A DNA stretch of 63,583 bases, filler included, from Ministeria vibrans ATCC 50519 (lineage: Eukaryota; Protista; Filasterea), in assembly GCA_943704425.1 (NCBI GenBank). It is 7 parts of 7 records of this genome, joined end to end, with 100 filler letters (N's around TTAATTAATTAA, not from the genome) between each part and the next. Parts side by side here need not be neighbours in the genome. Positions count along the whole stretch, not along the records: positions 1 to 29,700 come from CALSCP010002235.1; positions 29,801 to 49,679 come from CALSCP010001345.1; 5 more parts are not named here. One strand, written 5' to 3'. Below, piece by piece: positions 24,563 through 43,442 of the stretch (within the stretch, counting starts at the first letter, position 1; each line of letters begins with the position of its first letter). Below the pieces are notes generated by a model. That model was not told where the DNA came from, did no database searches, and saw nothing but the letters and a program-made list of their open reading frames with translations. The position numbers were made by a program, and so were the translations under genes.

Positions 24563-24680
24563 CTTTGTTTTTTTTCCTCCCTCCCTCCTTTCTCTCTCTC
24601 TCTATCACTTTGTTTCTTTTTCCCTCCCTCCCTCCTTTCTCTCTCTCTATCACTTTGTTTCTTTCGTTCTTCTCACTCAC

Positions 24681-24784
<104 letters not shown>

Positions 24785-24846
24785 TCTCCTATTCTCCTAT
24801 TCTCCTAATTACATTAACACCACCCTCCTTCTCTCAACTTTATCAG

Positions 24847-25563
24847 GTGTTTGGGTTCGCTGGGGACAGCAACATCGGGCGCATTGCGTTTCCTGCAGTG
24901 CAAGCAGTCCCTTCCTTTGCCACTTCCTTTGGTGATATGTTTGGTGATGATCCTGAGACTGTTGCGCAGATGGCCTGTCTCATTCCTTGTGCTGTTGATC
25001 AGGATCCGTAAGTCGACTCATCTTTACTCAGCAGCCAATCACAATAACTCCAACTCAAATTCACACACACAGTCGATAATTCTATCACCCACAGCCAATG
25101 ACCCCTTTTTTTTCTCCAGCTACTTCCGCCTCACTCGTGACGTGGCTCCTGCCTTGGGCTATGTCAAACCCTCTCTCCTTCACAGGTTTATACGTTTCCA
25201 CTCACTTTTCACCTCTCTCACTCACTCTCTTTCGATCTCGGTTTTGTAATAGCAAATTCTTCCCAGCTCTTCAGGGCAGTCAGAGCAAGATGAGTTCTTC
25301 TGACGGCACTTCGTCCATTTTCCTGACAGACTCTCCCGATGAGATCAAACAAAAGGTACCGTCTCAAATCACACCAATTCTAGAGCTTTACATTTTTTTT
25401 CTTTTCTCTTTGTTACTCTCTTCTTTTTCGTCTTTCTCACTTTGTTTCTCCCACGTTGTTTATTTCTCCTTTCTTGTCTTTCTCACTTTGTTTCTCTCAT
25501 TTTCTTTCTCCTTTCTCCGTTCTCGCCTTTCTTTCTCACACACTTTGACTCTTTCTCCTCTCT

Positions 25564-25656
<93 letters not shown>

Positions 25657-26108
25657 GATTCATACGCATGCATTCAGTGGAGGAGGTGTGACGAAGAAGG
25701 AGCACGAAAGACTGGGCGGAGACTGTGAGCGAGACGTGTCGTTTCAGGTGAGAAGAAGGCAAACCGTGTTAGGGGTGATAGGATTGTCGTTAGGGTTAGG
25801 GTGAGGGGATTTTAATGACACGGAAGCTGATCTTTTTTTTCTTCTTTGTTTGTTTGTAGTACTTGCGCTTCTTCCTTGATGATGATGATGAACTTGAGCG
25901 CATTCGTCAGGAATACTCATCGGGTCGTATGACAACATTTGAGCTCAAAGGTACATTTGTTTGTTGTGTCACTTTGGAGAATTAATACTCTGCCGTAGAA
26001 ATTCTGGTGGGAGTTCTGCAGAAGCTAGTTGGAGAGCACCAGGCACGCCGGGCGGTTGTGACGGATGAGGAAGTGCGCTATTTCATGACTCATCGCAAGA
26101 TGATTTGA
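24847..26108 (+). CDS. WARS: Cytosolic-type tryptophanyl-tRNA synthetase, C-terminal half only
   Basis: [54 protein letters not shown]; HIGH-motif N-terminal half missing. Confidence 0.9.
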
Positions 26109-26385
26109 TTACGTGTGTTTTCAATTCTGATCTGTGGGGGGGTGGAATGCAAATGTCAAACGTTTACAACAGGTGAAGCAGAACTGAAGATACACAATAG
26201 CCTGATCGCGTAAATTGTCTCGCATTGTGATCTAAACGTCGACCTATGGATATTCCGCAAAACTTTAAACTCCCCACAATACTCAACTTATAAAAGCTTT
26301 AATTAAAGAGGAGAGGGTGAGCCTCAAACGTGAAACAACTCAAACAAGTTCAAGTGATCAAGTCACTTCAAGTCAAACCATTTCC

Positions 26386-27897
26386 ATGTCTCGTCCGCCA
26401 CTCCCCTCCCGGCCCACCGGCACGGGCCCGCCTCCCCTTGCCGGCAAGCCAAACGCCCCTCCACCCGTGCTCTCTAAGAAGCCCGGTGCGCCTCCGCCCG
26501 TCTCCGCACGACCGAAAGTGAGCACAAAGAAAGAGAGAGAGAGAGAATGAGAGGCAAAAAAAAAAAGAAAGACAAAAACTGAAGGAAAGGAGTGAAATTT
26601 GCTAACGGCCATCGCCTGTGTGTCTCGCTCAAGGCCACTTCCAAGCCAGGTGGAGCTGCCCCGCCAACGCAGGCGTCCGCTGCGGCTGCCTTGGGACCGC
26701 CGCCGTCGCTGAAGCCCAGACCGGCAGTTGCCTCTGCGCCCGTTGCCTCTCCCGCGCCTGCGCCCAACCCCCTCCCCGCGCAGAGGCCGCCGCCCAAGCC
26801 CAAGCCTGCAGCACCCGCCGCACCGCAGCCAAGCGCCACTGTCATGTACGACTTTGCAGCGGAAGCCGATGACGAACTCAGCGCCGCGACAGGGGCCACA
26901 GTGCGCCTCTTGGGCCAGCCCGACGACGACTGGTTCGAGGCTGAGTTAGACGGAGTGCGCGGGCGCATTCCCATCAGCTTTGTCGAAGTGACAGTGCCTC
27001 TCGAGGCTCAAACAGCAGGCGCACCAGCTGCACAAGCAGAAGCAGCACAAGCGCCTGCCTCCAGCACAGCACCCAAAGCGAACAGCCTCGCCGCCATCCT
27101 TGCCGCTGCCAACCGTCCTTCTCAGGCAGCAGCTGAATCACCAGCAGCTGCAGAAGTAGCGTCCGACGGTCCTCCATCTCTGCCTCCACTCCCGGGCCCA
27201 TACCACCCACTGTACCACTACGTTTTTGCGCGCCACAAACCACGCGCAGTGTGCACTCAGCCATTCCAGGCAGAGGCTGAAGACGAGCTTAACCTACATG
27301 TCGGCGACACCGTGCTGCTAGTGGGACGCATCAGCGACGCATGGCTCAAGGTAACGTCACAACATCCAGCGAAACGAGACATCTGATCCCACCTTCACTC
27401 TCTAATAATATTAGGGGAAAGTCGCGTCGGGTTCCTGTGGAATGTTTCCTCAAGGTACCCAAGTGAAGTGAACTGACGAACCACCACCCACTTACACACG
27501 CGCATACAGAATTTGTGACCATTCATCAAGCCCTGCCCAACGACGACGGCACAACTCCCTTCACAACCGACGATGACGACGAAGCCACCTCCACCACCAC
27601 TCCCGCCGCAACAACTACCACTGCCACTGCGCCCCCTCCCGCCTCTGCCAACGATCCTCCGCCCAGTACGTCTTTTCTCACGCCATATTCACATGCACTC
27701 ACTGCTCTGTAGTGCCTGGCATCGGATTTGCAGTGCTGGAGAACTCAGTGTTTGGCAGTGACTCGCAAGGAACTCTCACAGCGCAGAGAGGGGAAATGCT
27801 GACTGTGCTGCGTGAGAACGGCAACTGGTACGAGTGCGAGCAGGATGGTATTGTCGGTCACGTTCCAAAGGCCCAGTGTGAGTTTATTCCACACTGA
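26386..27897 (+). CDS. Proline-rich adaptor with three SH3 domains (SH3D19-like architecture)
   Basis: Pro-rich N-terminus; SH3-1 ATVMYDFAAEADDELS...DWFEAELDGVRGRIPISFV; SH3-2 FQAEAEDELNL...AWLKG...GMFPQEFV; SH3-3 GEMLTVLRENGNWYEC...GHVP. Confidence 0.85.
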
Positions 27898-27949
27898 TGA
27901 ATCCATGTATGTGGAACGAGATCAACAAAAAATAATAATAATAAAAATA

Positions 27950-27995
<46 letters not shown>

Positions 27996-28098
27996 GTATT
28001 TTTGACACTGTGTTGCTTTTCGTATGTGAATTGTGATCAATTGTCATTTGTGTTAGAAAAATCTCTTTAGTCTCAGTCTTTTTTCAGTTATTATAACA

Positions 28099-28788
28099 AT
28101 GAACGCTCGTAGTCTCGCTGGAACGCTCTGGATATCCATTGCTCTGTTCGAGGTTGACTTGAGCGCAATCTGAGTCAAAGAAAAGTGAAAGTGAAACCAA
28201 AAAAAACGTTTCTTTCTTTCAGTTCGTCGTGTTTACCTTCGACATCCCTTTCCCCATGTCCAACGGCCTCTACCTGTCGCACCACTCGAGCATGTGGGCG
28301 CGCCTGGCCGCACTCGACCTGGGAGCGCTGATCGTCGTCATGCGACTGATGCCACTGCTCCCGCTCGCCCTGGGCCTCGTCACGCTCACCGTCCGCGCGC
28401 CTGCCGTCCGTGCCCTTTCACTCGTGCTCGGCCTGCCCATGCTTGCCGGGCCCATCTACAATTTCTGGAGTATGTTCCGATCAATCGCAAACCGCAATCT
28501 CTGACTCCCCCATTGCTCTCTCGCTCCATCCCACACTCTCTAGTCGGGTACTTCTTCAACTGCTGCAGCTTCTGGCACACGGGCGCCGGCGAGGGGCTCT
28601 CGGAGGCCGAGGGGCTCGCCAAGTTCACATCCAACTTCGCACTCAATCATCACGTCCTGCCCAAAGTACCAGGCCACGCCGTCTTTGTCGACACCGAGCA
28701 CACCATCCTCATGGCTCTTGCGCTTCCCGCGATGCTTCTCTCTATTCTTGCTCTGTGTATGAGTGAGCCCAAGAAGAAGTTACAATAA
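28099..28788 (+). CDS. Small unassigned multi-pass membrane protein with C-terminal dilysine (KKKLQ) ER-retrieval signal, 3 exons
   Basis: Three exons joined by GT-AG introns; several hydrophobic segments; ends SEPKKKLQ*. Confidence 0.65.
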
Positions 28789-29049
28789 GAGTCACAACAT
28801 AAATAATTCATACATGTCACTGACGTTTTAACGGTAAACCCTTTCCCGAAGCCCAACCTGAGTATTCAACAATATCTCAGCTGATCTCAGTCAGTACTTT
28901 GATAAATTCGTTTTCGCACCGTTTTATTACACGATCTAGATTTTCCTATTCAAAAAAAAAATCAACCCAATCAAACTTTTTTATATCTAATTGTGACTGC
29001 GCAGCCGTCCAGTCGCCTCCCGCCCGCCCTGCGCCTTCCGCCCCCAGCC

Positions 29050-29201
29050 ATGGCCTACCGTCCCCTCCCCGGTGCTCCTGATGACACCGCAATCGCCCAT
29101 CAGTCCCAACAGCATCCGCCCAACGTCGAAGAGGTCTACGTGGGTGGCTATGTCCCCACCTATCCCCGCACCCGCAAGTCTGCCCTCGAATTGGTCATTT
29201 G
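29050..29201 (+). CDS. Probable first coding exon of an unidentified gene, truncated by contig end
   Basis: gccATGg context, GC-rich, MAYRPLPGAP...ALELVIW then GTATGA donor. Confidence 0.45.
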
Positions 29202-29651
29202 GTATGATTGTTTTTGTTTTTTTTTGCGACATGTTAAAATTGTTAGGGATTTTACCAGAGTGTCTGTTTTTTCCTGTTTGCACCAACGAACGTTGCACGC
29301 CTCACAGCTCTCTGCCGGTGTAATAAAACACATGACAGCGTATCCCTGTGCGAGTGCGTCGCCGAGGATTGCTCCCGCGTTCTCTCGCTGTGCCCCAATG
29401 GCTCACTCGCATGCGCATTTCAAACACGCGCCGGTTTCGCATCTGCGCTTCCCTCGCGCCCTTCTGTTGCGTATCCCCCACCCTCGCGTTGACGATGTGT
29501 GTGTGCGTGTGTTTGGTGTGTTTGCCATGCTTTCTTGTGCGCTCTTTTGGATTTGGCTCTGTGAATTCGCTCTTCTCTCTCTATCACTTTGCTCTGTCAC
29601 ACACACGTTGTTTCTCTCTCACACTTTGTTCCTTTCTCCCTTCTCTCTCTC

Positions 29652-29700
<49 letters not shown>

Positions 29701-29800
29701 NNNNNNNNNNNNNNNNNNNNNNNNNNNNNNNNNNNNNNNNNNNNTTAATTAATTAANNNNNNNNNNNNNNNNNNNNNNNNNNNNNNNNNNNNNNNNNNNN
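29701..29800. other. Artificial contig spacer (Ns around TTAATTAATTAA); same at 49680-49779, 51824-51923, 53533-53632, 60251-60350, 62159-62258
   Basis: Identical 100-bp N/six-frame-stop linker at six positions, mostly flanked by microsatellite or homopolymer. Confidence 0.97.
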
Positions 29801-29904
<104 letters not shown>

Positions 29905-29909
29905 CGTAG

Positions 29910-32186
29910 ACAATCGAGTTGACGGCAGCCGTGACTCAGCTGGAGGAGTCGTTGAAGGCGGAAGAGAGCGAGTCGAAGCTTCGTTTGGCAGGCATCATGC
30001 AAGACTTACGACGGCTGCGCGACGCCATTGACACATCGCTGGGTCAAGAGCGCGAGATGTCGGCGGAAATGAAATCGACCGGCCATGAGGTTGGCGAGAT
30101 CAAGATGGAACTGAAGAAGTTGGAAGATGTGCGTCAAAAGCGTCTTGAATTCCTTCAGCAACGTGGCTATCGTGACAACCTTGCTCGCGACACCCTCGAG
30201 GTGATCCACTGGCTGCGCTCCAACCAGCACGAGCTGCGGGGCGTCGTGCACGAACCCATTCTGACGCTGTTGCACGTCAAGAACCCCGCGCACGCCAAGC
30301 CCATCGAACAACTTATTGCTGGCAAGGACTTTATGGCGTTCATGTGTGAAGAAGTAGCCGATCAGGATTACCTTGTTGGCAAGTTTGTCAAGGGCAAAGG
30401 CAAGCGCATCAACGTCCACTGTGCCCCGCGTCAGTTCAACATGCTTCCCAAGCGACCCATCGACGCGTTTCCTTCCGAATGGGGCTTTACTCACTACGCC
30501 ATCGATGCCATCGACGCTCCCGAACCCGTCAAGCGGTGGCTCTGCCTCAACGGTGGTCTCCACGAGGTCCCCATCGGCACGCACAACGTCAATGTCAACC
30601 TCAACAACATCATCAATAGTGGCATGCTGTCGGGTCGCTTTCTCTCGAACGACACTCTCTACTTCACGCGCAAATCCAACTATGGCTCCAAGTCCGACTT
30701 CACCAACACGCAGCCACTCAAAAACCCACAAATCTTGCACCTCAGCGTCGACATGACTTACGTCGAGACGCAGCGCGCGAAACAGTCGGTGCTTGAGCAT
30801 GAGCTCGAAGAAATGGACGAACGTCTCAAAGTGGTCAAGGCGAACGAAATGCGCATGCGAAACGACTACAACACGGCCGATCAGGAGCGCCAGGATTTGA
30901 TCAAGAAGAAGAAGGAGCTCTCGGCGGCACGCAACAAACTTGGTGTACATCAGCGCAGTATTGAACAGGAGCGTCAGCGACTCAAGGGACTCAAGGGGAA
31001 AATGCAGCAGTCGTTGGTACAGGTGCGCAAGCTTAGCGACCGTCGTGTCACGGGTGTACTCAAGGTGAAGGAGCCGCTGCTGGAGGCGGTCGCACTGCAG
31101 CAGCAGCTGATGCGTCTCCTCGTCGTCGACACAGCTCTGTTGGCTAAACTGCGCGAACTGGAGTCGGAGCAAAAGCAAGAGGAGTCGACGCTGACCGACC
31201 TGCGCGGCGCCGTCGAACTCGCCAGAAGGTCGCTCAAAGAGATCAAGGAAAAGGCGCGCCTTCAGCAGAAAAAGGCCAACGGGCTTTGCTCAATCGAAGC
31301 AGTGCCTAAGCTCCAGGATAGCCTCAAGCCGTACATTCCCGACGTCCACTGCTCCAGTGACGAGCTTGAGGCGCACATCAACTCGGTGCAGGCGCGCATT
31401 GACAACCTCGCGCCCGTCAACAGCGCTCACCTTGGCGAGTACAAGAAGGTGTGCGAGGAGGTGGATGATCTCGATCGCAAAATGGAAACGGTGCGCCACG
31501 ATCGACTCGAACGACAGAACCGCATGGAGCTTCTGCGCGACCGCTGGCTGCCCCATCTTGTGACCACTGTCCAGGCCATTAACAAGGCATTCGCCGCCAA
31601 TTTTGGACGACTTGGGTGCGACGGCGAGGTCGAGCTGGTGCGCGACGCCGACTACGCAAAATATCGCATTGTGATCAAGGTCAAGTTTACCGCACGCGAG
31701 GCCCTTCAACCCCTCACCGCCACGTTCCAATCGGGCGGCGAGCGCGCCGTTTCCACCATCTCCTATCTCATGGCCTTGCAGGACCTTACCCCTTGCCCCT
31801 TTCGCGTCGTCGACGAGGTCAACCAGGGAATGGACGCCGAGTATGAGCGCCAGGTGCGTTCTTCTTGATCACAATAGCCCTCCTCGAGTGGCTTTTTTTT
31901 TTCTTTTTTTTTTCTGACTGCTTCCCGACTGCACTTCCTTGTAGATGTTCAACACCATTGTGGGTGCTGCGTGCAAGAAGGACACCCCCCAGTATTTTAT
32001 GATCACTCCAAAGGTAATGAATGTCATCTGCTTGTCCACCCACAGAGACGTTCTCACGCACTTCTACGCTGCACGACTTAATAGCTTCTTCCTGCCCTCG
32101 AGTACACTCCGGCCATGTCAATCTTGTGCGTCTTTAATGGCCCTCATCTCACACCAAACGCCATTGATCTTCGTCGCTACGTTTAG
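29910..32186 (+). CDS. SMC5: Structural maintenance of chromosomes protein 5, C-terminal part (hinge, coiled coil, ATPase head)
   Basis: QSGGERAVSTISYLMALQDLTPCPFRVVDEVNQGMD, QYFMITPKLLPALEY...CVFNG. Confidence 0.95.
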
Positions 32187-32233
32187 TACACCATTTTTAA
32201 TATTATTTTTGTCGATCATATTACACACATAAT

Positions 32234-33322
32234 TCACATAAAGACACCGCAACAGGGACAGGCATAGCCACAGGCAGGCAGACAGAACGGACAGCACACA
32301 CAATTGTCGAGCGAGTCGCGCGCAACTGTCGCAAACACACTCTCGTCGTAGGGAAACGAATGTTGTCGCAGAGCCGTCAGTGTGGCACTCCATAGCGACT
32401 CTTGCACCAGTGTGTCACACATCTCGGGTGCGGGGGCAACGGGAAGGGTAGCCAGTGCACAGCAACAGCCTTGGTAGTACGAACCGCTATCGTGACCATG
32501 GCATGGCCCGTCCGCTGTGTACCCCACCGTACTGCCCCCACACGTCACTGGCTTGCACGCACAGCATGCTACAAAGCACTGAGTAAAGCCGTCACCAAGA
32601 GGATTGCTGCGCCACAAGGACGTGCGCATTACACCTGGATGGACACACACAGCAGAGATGTGTGCAGGAAGCCGTCGTGCAAGCGCCTTGGTGAACAGAA
32701 TATTCGCAGCTTTGGAGCGCGAATAGGCAGACCACGGGTCTCCCGATAGCGTCTCATCGCCCGTCGGTGTCACGTCCTGGGACCAGTCGCGTGAGCTCAC
32801 GCCAGCCGCCAAGTGCGCAATTGAAGCGACCGTCACAATGCGCCCTCCCTCCTCCAACATCAACGGAAGAAGACTCAGCGTCATCGCCATCGCTCCAACG
32901 TGGTTCACTCCAAAGCACAGCTCCATGCCGTCGACGGTGCACGCCTGCGCCCCTCCCACGATGGCCGCGTTGTTCACAAGCAACGCCAGTCGGTGATGCT
33001 CAAGTCCGTCAAGCGCACAAAATCGATCACGAAAACCCGCAACGCTCGCCAGCGACGCCAGATCAAGCTCGACAACAAACACTCGGTGGTTGCCTGTCAC
33101 GCGGCGGATGTGCGAGGCCGCCCGTTCGCCGCTCTCGAGCGACCGCACCGCGAGAACAACCGCATATCCTCGATTCGCTACAACTTGAGCCACAGAGCGT
33201 CCTACGCCGCGATTTCCACCAGTCACAATCGCGACCTTGTTACGATCACCAGAGTGTGTCCAGCGAGGCGAGGGAAGCCACGCGTCCCACATCCCAAACG
33301 CGAATGATCCCAACCATTGCAT
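32234..33322 (-). CDS. Intronless retinol-dehydrogenase/WWOX-like SDR with Cys-rich C-terminus
   Basis: IVTGGNRGVG, LDLASLASV, LVNNAA, FGVNHVG, YSRSK, VHPGV. Confidence 0.9.
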   Translation of the reverse strand: MQWLGSFAFGMWDAWLPSPRWTHSGDRNKVAIVTGGNRGVGRSVAQVVANRGYAVVLAVRSLESGERAASHIRRVTGNHRVFVVELDLASLASVAGFRDRFCALDGLEHHRLALLVNNAAIVGGAQACTVDGMELCFGVNHVGAMAMTLSLLPLMLEEGGRIVTVASIAHLAAGVSSRDWSQDVTPTGDETLSGDPWSAYSRSKAANILFTKALARRLPAHISAVCVHPGVMRTSLWRSNPLGDGFTQCFVACCACKPVTCGGSTVGYTADGPCHGHDSGSYYQGCCCALATLPVAPAPEMCDTLVQESLWSATLTALRQHSFPYDESVFATVARDSLDNCVCCPFCLPACGYACPCCGVFM

Positions 33323-33538
33323 TAGAAATAAATGAGTAAGATGTCAGATGAACACAAGTACGACGAGTAATTAAATATGATCGACATTATTTCACAAATA
33401 ATTTTCAATGAAAGGCATATAGATAAGTTGTTTATGCAATTATGTAGTTTACAAGAATGGTTTTTACAGTGCAACATCATAAATGCACACACACACACAC
33501 TAAGTGCACTAAGCACATCCACGAAATACACACAGTCT

Positions 33539-40686
<7,148 letters not shown>

Positions 40687-41858
40687 GGTTTAGCAAAGCT
40701 CTTTGGAGTGATACTGGCGTCTTGGCTCAAGAAGAACACGCCGCGATGGTCCAAACACACACTCAACTATGAAACCTTAAGAGGTTCCCCTTATGAATCA
40801 AAGGACAAAATAATTATGAATCTGTATTCTGTTTCAGTGACCGATCAGTGGTTTTTCGGCAATTTTGGGTCTATACGGAGCTGGTTCAAAGAGCAGCCTG
40901 CTCGACAGGATTCACCGGACGTATTTTGAGGTACTGTGTGACTTGAGATGAAGGACGGGGAGTCGATAATGTCTCAGTTGATAATCGAGTGAGTAAACTT
41001 CTCGCGAACCGCTCTTAAAAAAAAATTGCCGAAAAAGTTGAAGTTAGCAAAGTGATGTCTTGAAAATGCCACTGTAGGTTAGTATGTGAATGGAAGACTG
41101 TGTTGGCGCAAAAGATGAAGCGATTCTCAAGGAGTTCGTTTAAGTCTGTCTGGGCAAAAATTTGACTGTACCATCAAAATATAATTATTATCGGTTATAT
41201 TCTTCTTCAAAATGTGCGTCTATGAATGCTCCATCTAACATTCCTCTATTATTATTGAATCTTGAGGCTACCCTGATGAGCATATGGCGAAGGCATTGTA
41301 TTACTCTTCACTGTATTGTACTTTAATTTTATCTCTTTCGAGTAAACTTTTTCACTTCATTAATTCCTCATTGAAAGAGCCAACAGGTATCTCCAAACCC
41401 AGAGACCGAAGGTAAATACAGTAAAGAAGTGTTTGCCGAACGACGTATCGCGTAAAAGCATATAGTTGGCATTACACAATGTATTAATTTTACAATAGAA
41501 GTTTACACTTTACTCGACATTTACTCAAGTTTCATAAGAATTAAGAGGAGGATAGCAAATACAAAAAGATTCTTAGGACGTATAATGCTTTTGCCACAAA
41601 CTAGCCGCGGAATTGACTATGAATAAAAATATGTTATAATTCCAACTACTCATAACAAAACCACTTTCGTATAAATATATACGCCCATCTACACTCAGGT
41701 AACAAACTTCACTTTACACTCAGTCTATCAAAGGAGGGTCTGTCTGGAGGGAGGGCCTGCCAAGGTACAGAGGCGTCTCGAATGCTTAAAATATTTTGAT
41801 CTTTAATAATTATTCATCTTTCTTTTTACTTTTTAGTAAAAACAGTTATCTTTCCGCC

Positions 41859-43368
41859 ATGTCGAGCCAGAGTGACAGCGGTGTCACTTTGAGCAGCTCA
41901 CAACGAAAGAGGAGAAACCGCAAGGCAGCTGCTGCTGCTGCGACTGCTCTTGTGACTCACTCAAACACACTCCCTCGCGATCAAGATCAGCCCCAGCGCC
42001 TCTCTGCGCCCTCTCCCGCCGCCGCTGCCCGCCCACCGCCGTCCCCAGCGTCCTCCGCGCCCTCCCCGTTGACACACACCCCCAACAACATCCCACCGCC
42101 CGACAGAATAGCATCGCTGAATGTCCTTCCCGCCGCACCGCCTCGCTCGGCGCTCCCCCTGCGCCAAACCGACCCAATTCCACTCCCTACCGCGCCTGCG
42201 TGTGCCTCCCGGCCACACATCGAGCGAGCGCCCGTCGCAGGCCTTGTTGCGGCCGCATCAGCGGGAAACGCAAACGCCGCGGCCCTTCCCAGCACACATC
42301 CCACGAAAGCGGCGCCACGGCCTCTGCCCCCGTCAATGGAAGACGTCGTCGACGAGATGGTGCTGCCCTCCGACAACGAGATCATGTCGCCGCCGTCCAT
42401 TGCCGAGCATCTCGATGCCATCACAACGTCGCTGTCGACGCCCGTGTGCTACTTTGAGCATCCCCTCTCGCGCATGATGAACTACCTCCTGCTCCAGGCT
42501 GCCCACGAGTTCACCAGCCGCCCTGCCGCACCCCCATCGTCCGCTTCTTCGCAGAGCGACCGTGTCCGTCAAGCGTCACCGCTACCACCCTACATCACAC
42601 TGAAACTGGCTCGCCGCGGTTCTCTTGTCTCATGCGAACCTGTCGCTGTACGCTTCGAAGCGAGCCTCCTTCCAGACGTATCGGGCCTTGCGCGCATGGC
42701 AGGGGACACCGAGACTGCAGCTCACTCGTCCTCGTCGTCGTCGTCGTCGTCGCCCGCTGCCAATCTTGACGATGTTGGTCTTGTCACGGCAACCATAAGC
42801 GCAGGTCCCCACATTGGCGACTGTCCCGTTGTCCGCATGTACGACAGCCAAGGGGCATGTGATCGCGCATCACAGTCGACAGTTCCGCCACCCGTGCGCC
42901 CTTGGGCCCGACTCTCACACCGCTGGTCGTTCAAACTTGCCCTGCTCGCGTCCATTCCCGACACGGACCCCAGACTTTTGCGCGCTGGCCCTCTTGTCTA
43001 CTGTCTCGACTCAGACTTTGTTGTTTCCATTGACACTTCCTCAGACTACGCGAGCACCGTACGAAACAACCCAACAATACCAAACGTTAAACGTCGTTTG
43101 CCTTACTCTCTTGTCTCTCCTCTCAATATGTTGTTTCGATTCCCTCCAATAATATCTCTACCATTTGTTTTTGCTCTCCCCTTTTTCTCTGTTTTCTTTC
43201 TTTTTCCCTCCCTCTCTCTCTTTCTCTTTTCACTTTGTTTCTTTCTCCTCTTTCTCTCTCTCTCTCTCTTTCTCTTTTCACTTTGTTTCTTTCTCCTCTT
43301 TCTCTCTCTCTCTCTTTCCCTTTTCACTTTGTTTCTCTCTCTATCACTTTGTTTCTTTCTCCCTCCTT

Positions 43369-43442
<74 letters not shown>

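Noticed and set aside
25789-25808. Telomere-like TTAGGG copies
   Set aside because: Only about two copies inside an intron.
29701-29800. TTAATTAATTAA palindrome recurring six times
   Set aside because: Artificial linker, not biological; gene neighbourhoods across it were not interpreted.
30006-31178. 390-aa antisense ORF
   Set aside because: Mirror frame of the SMC5 exon.
32234-32254. CaaX prenylation motif on the SDR
   Set aside because: Ends CCGVFM; Cys is at -5, not -4.
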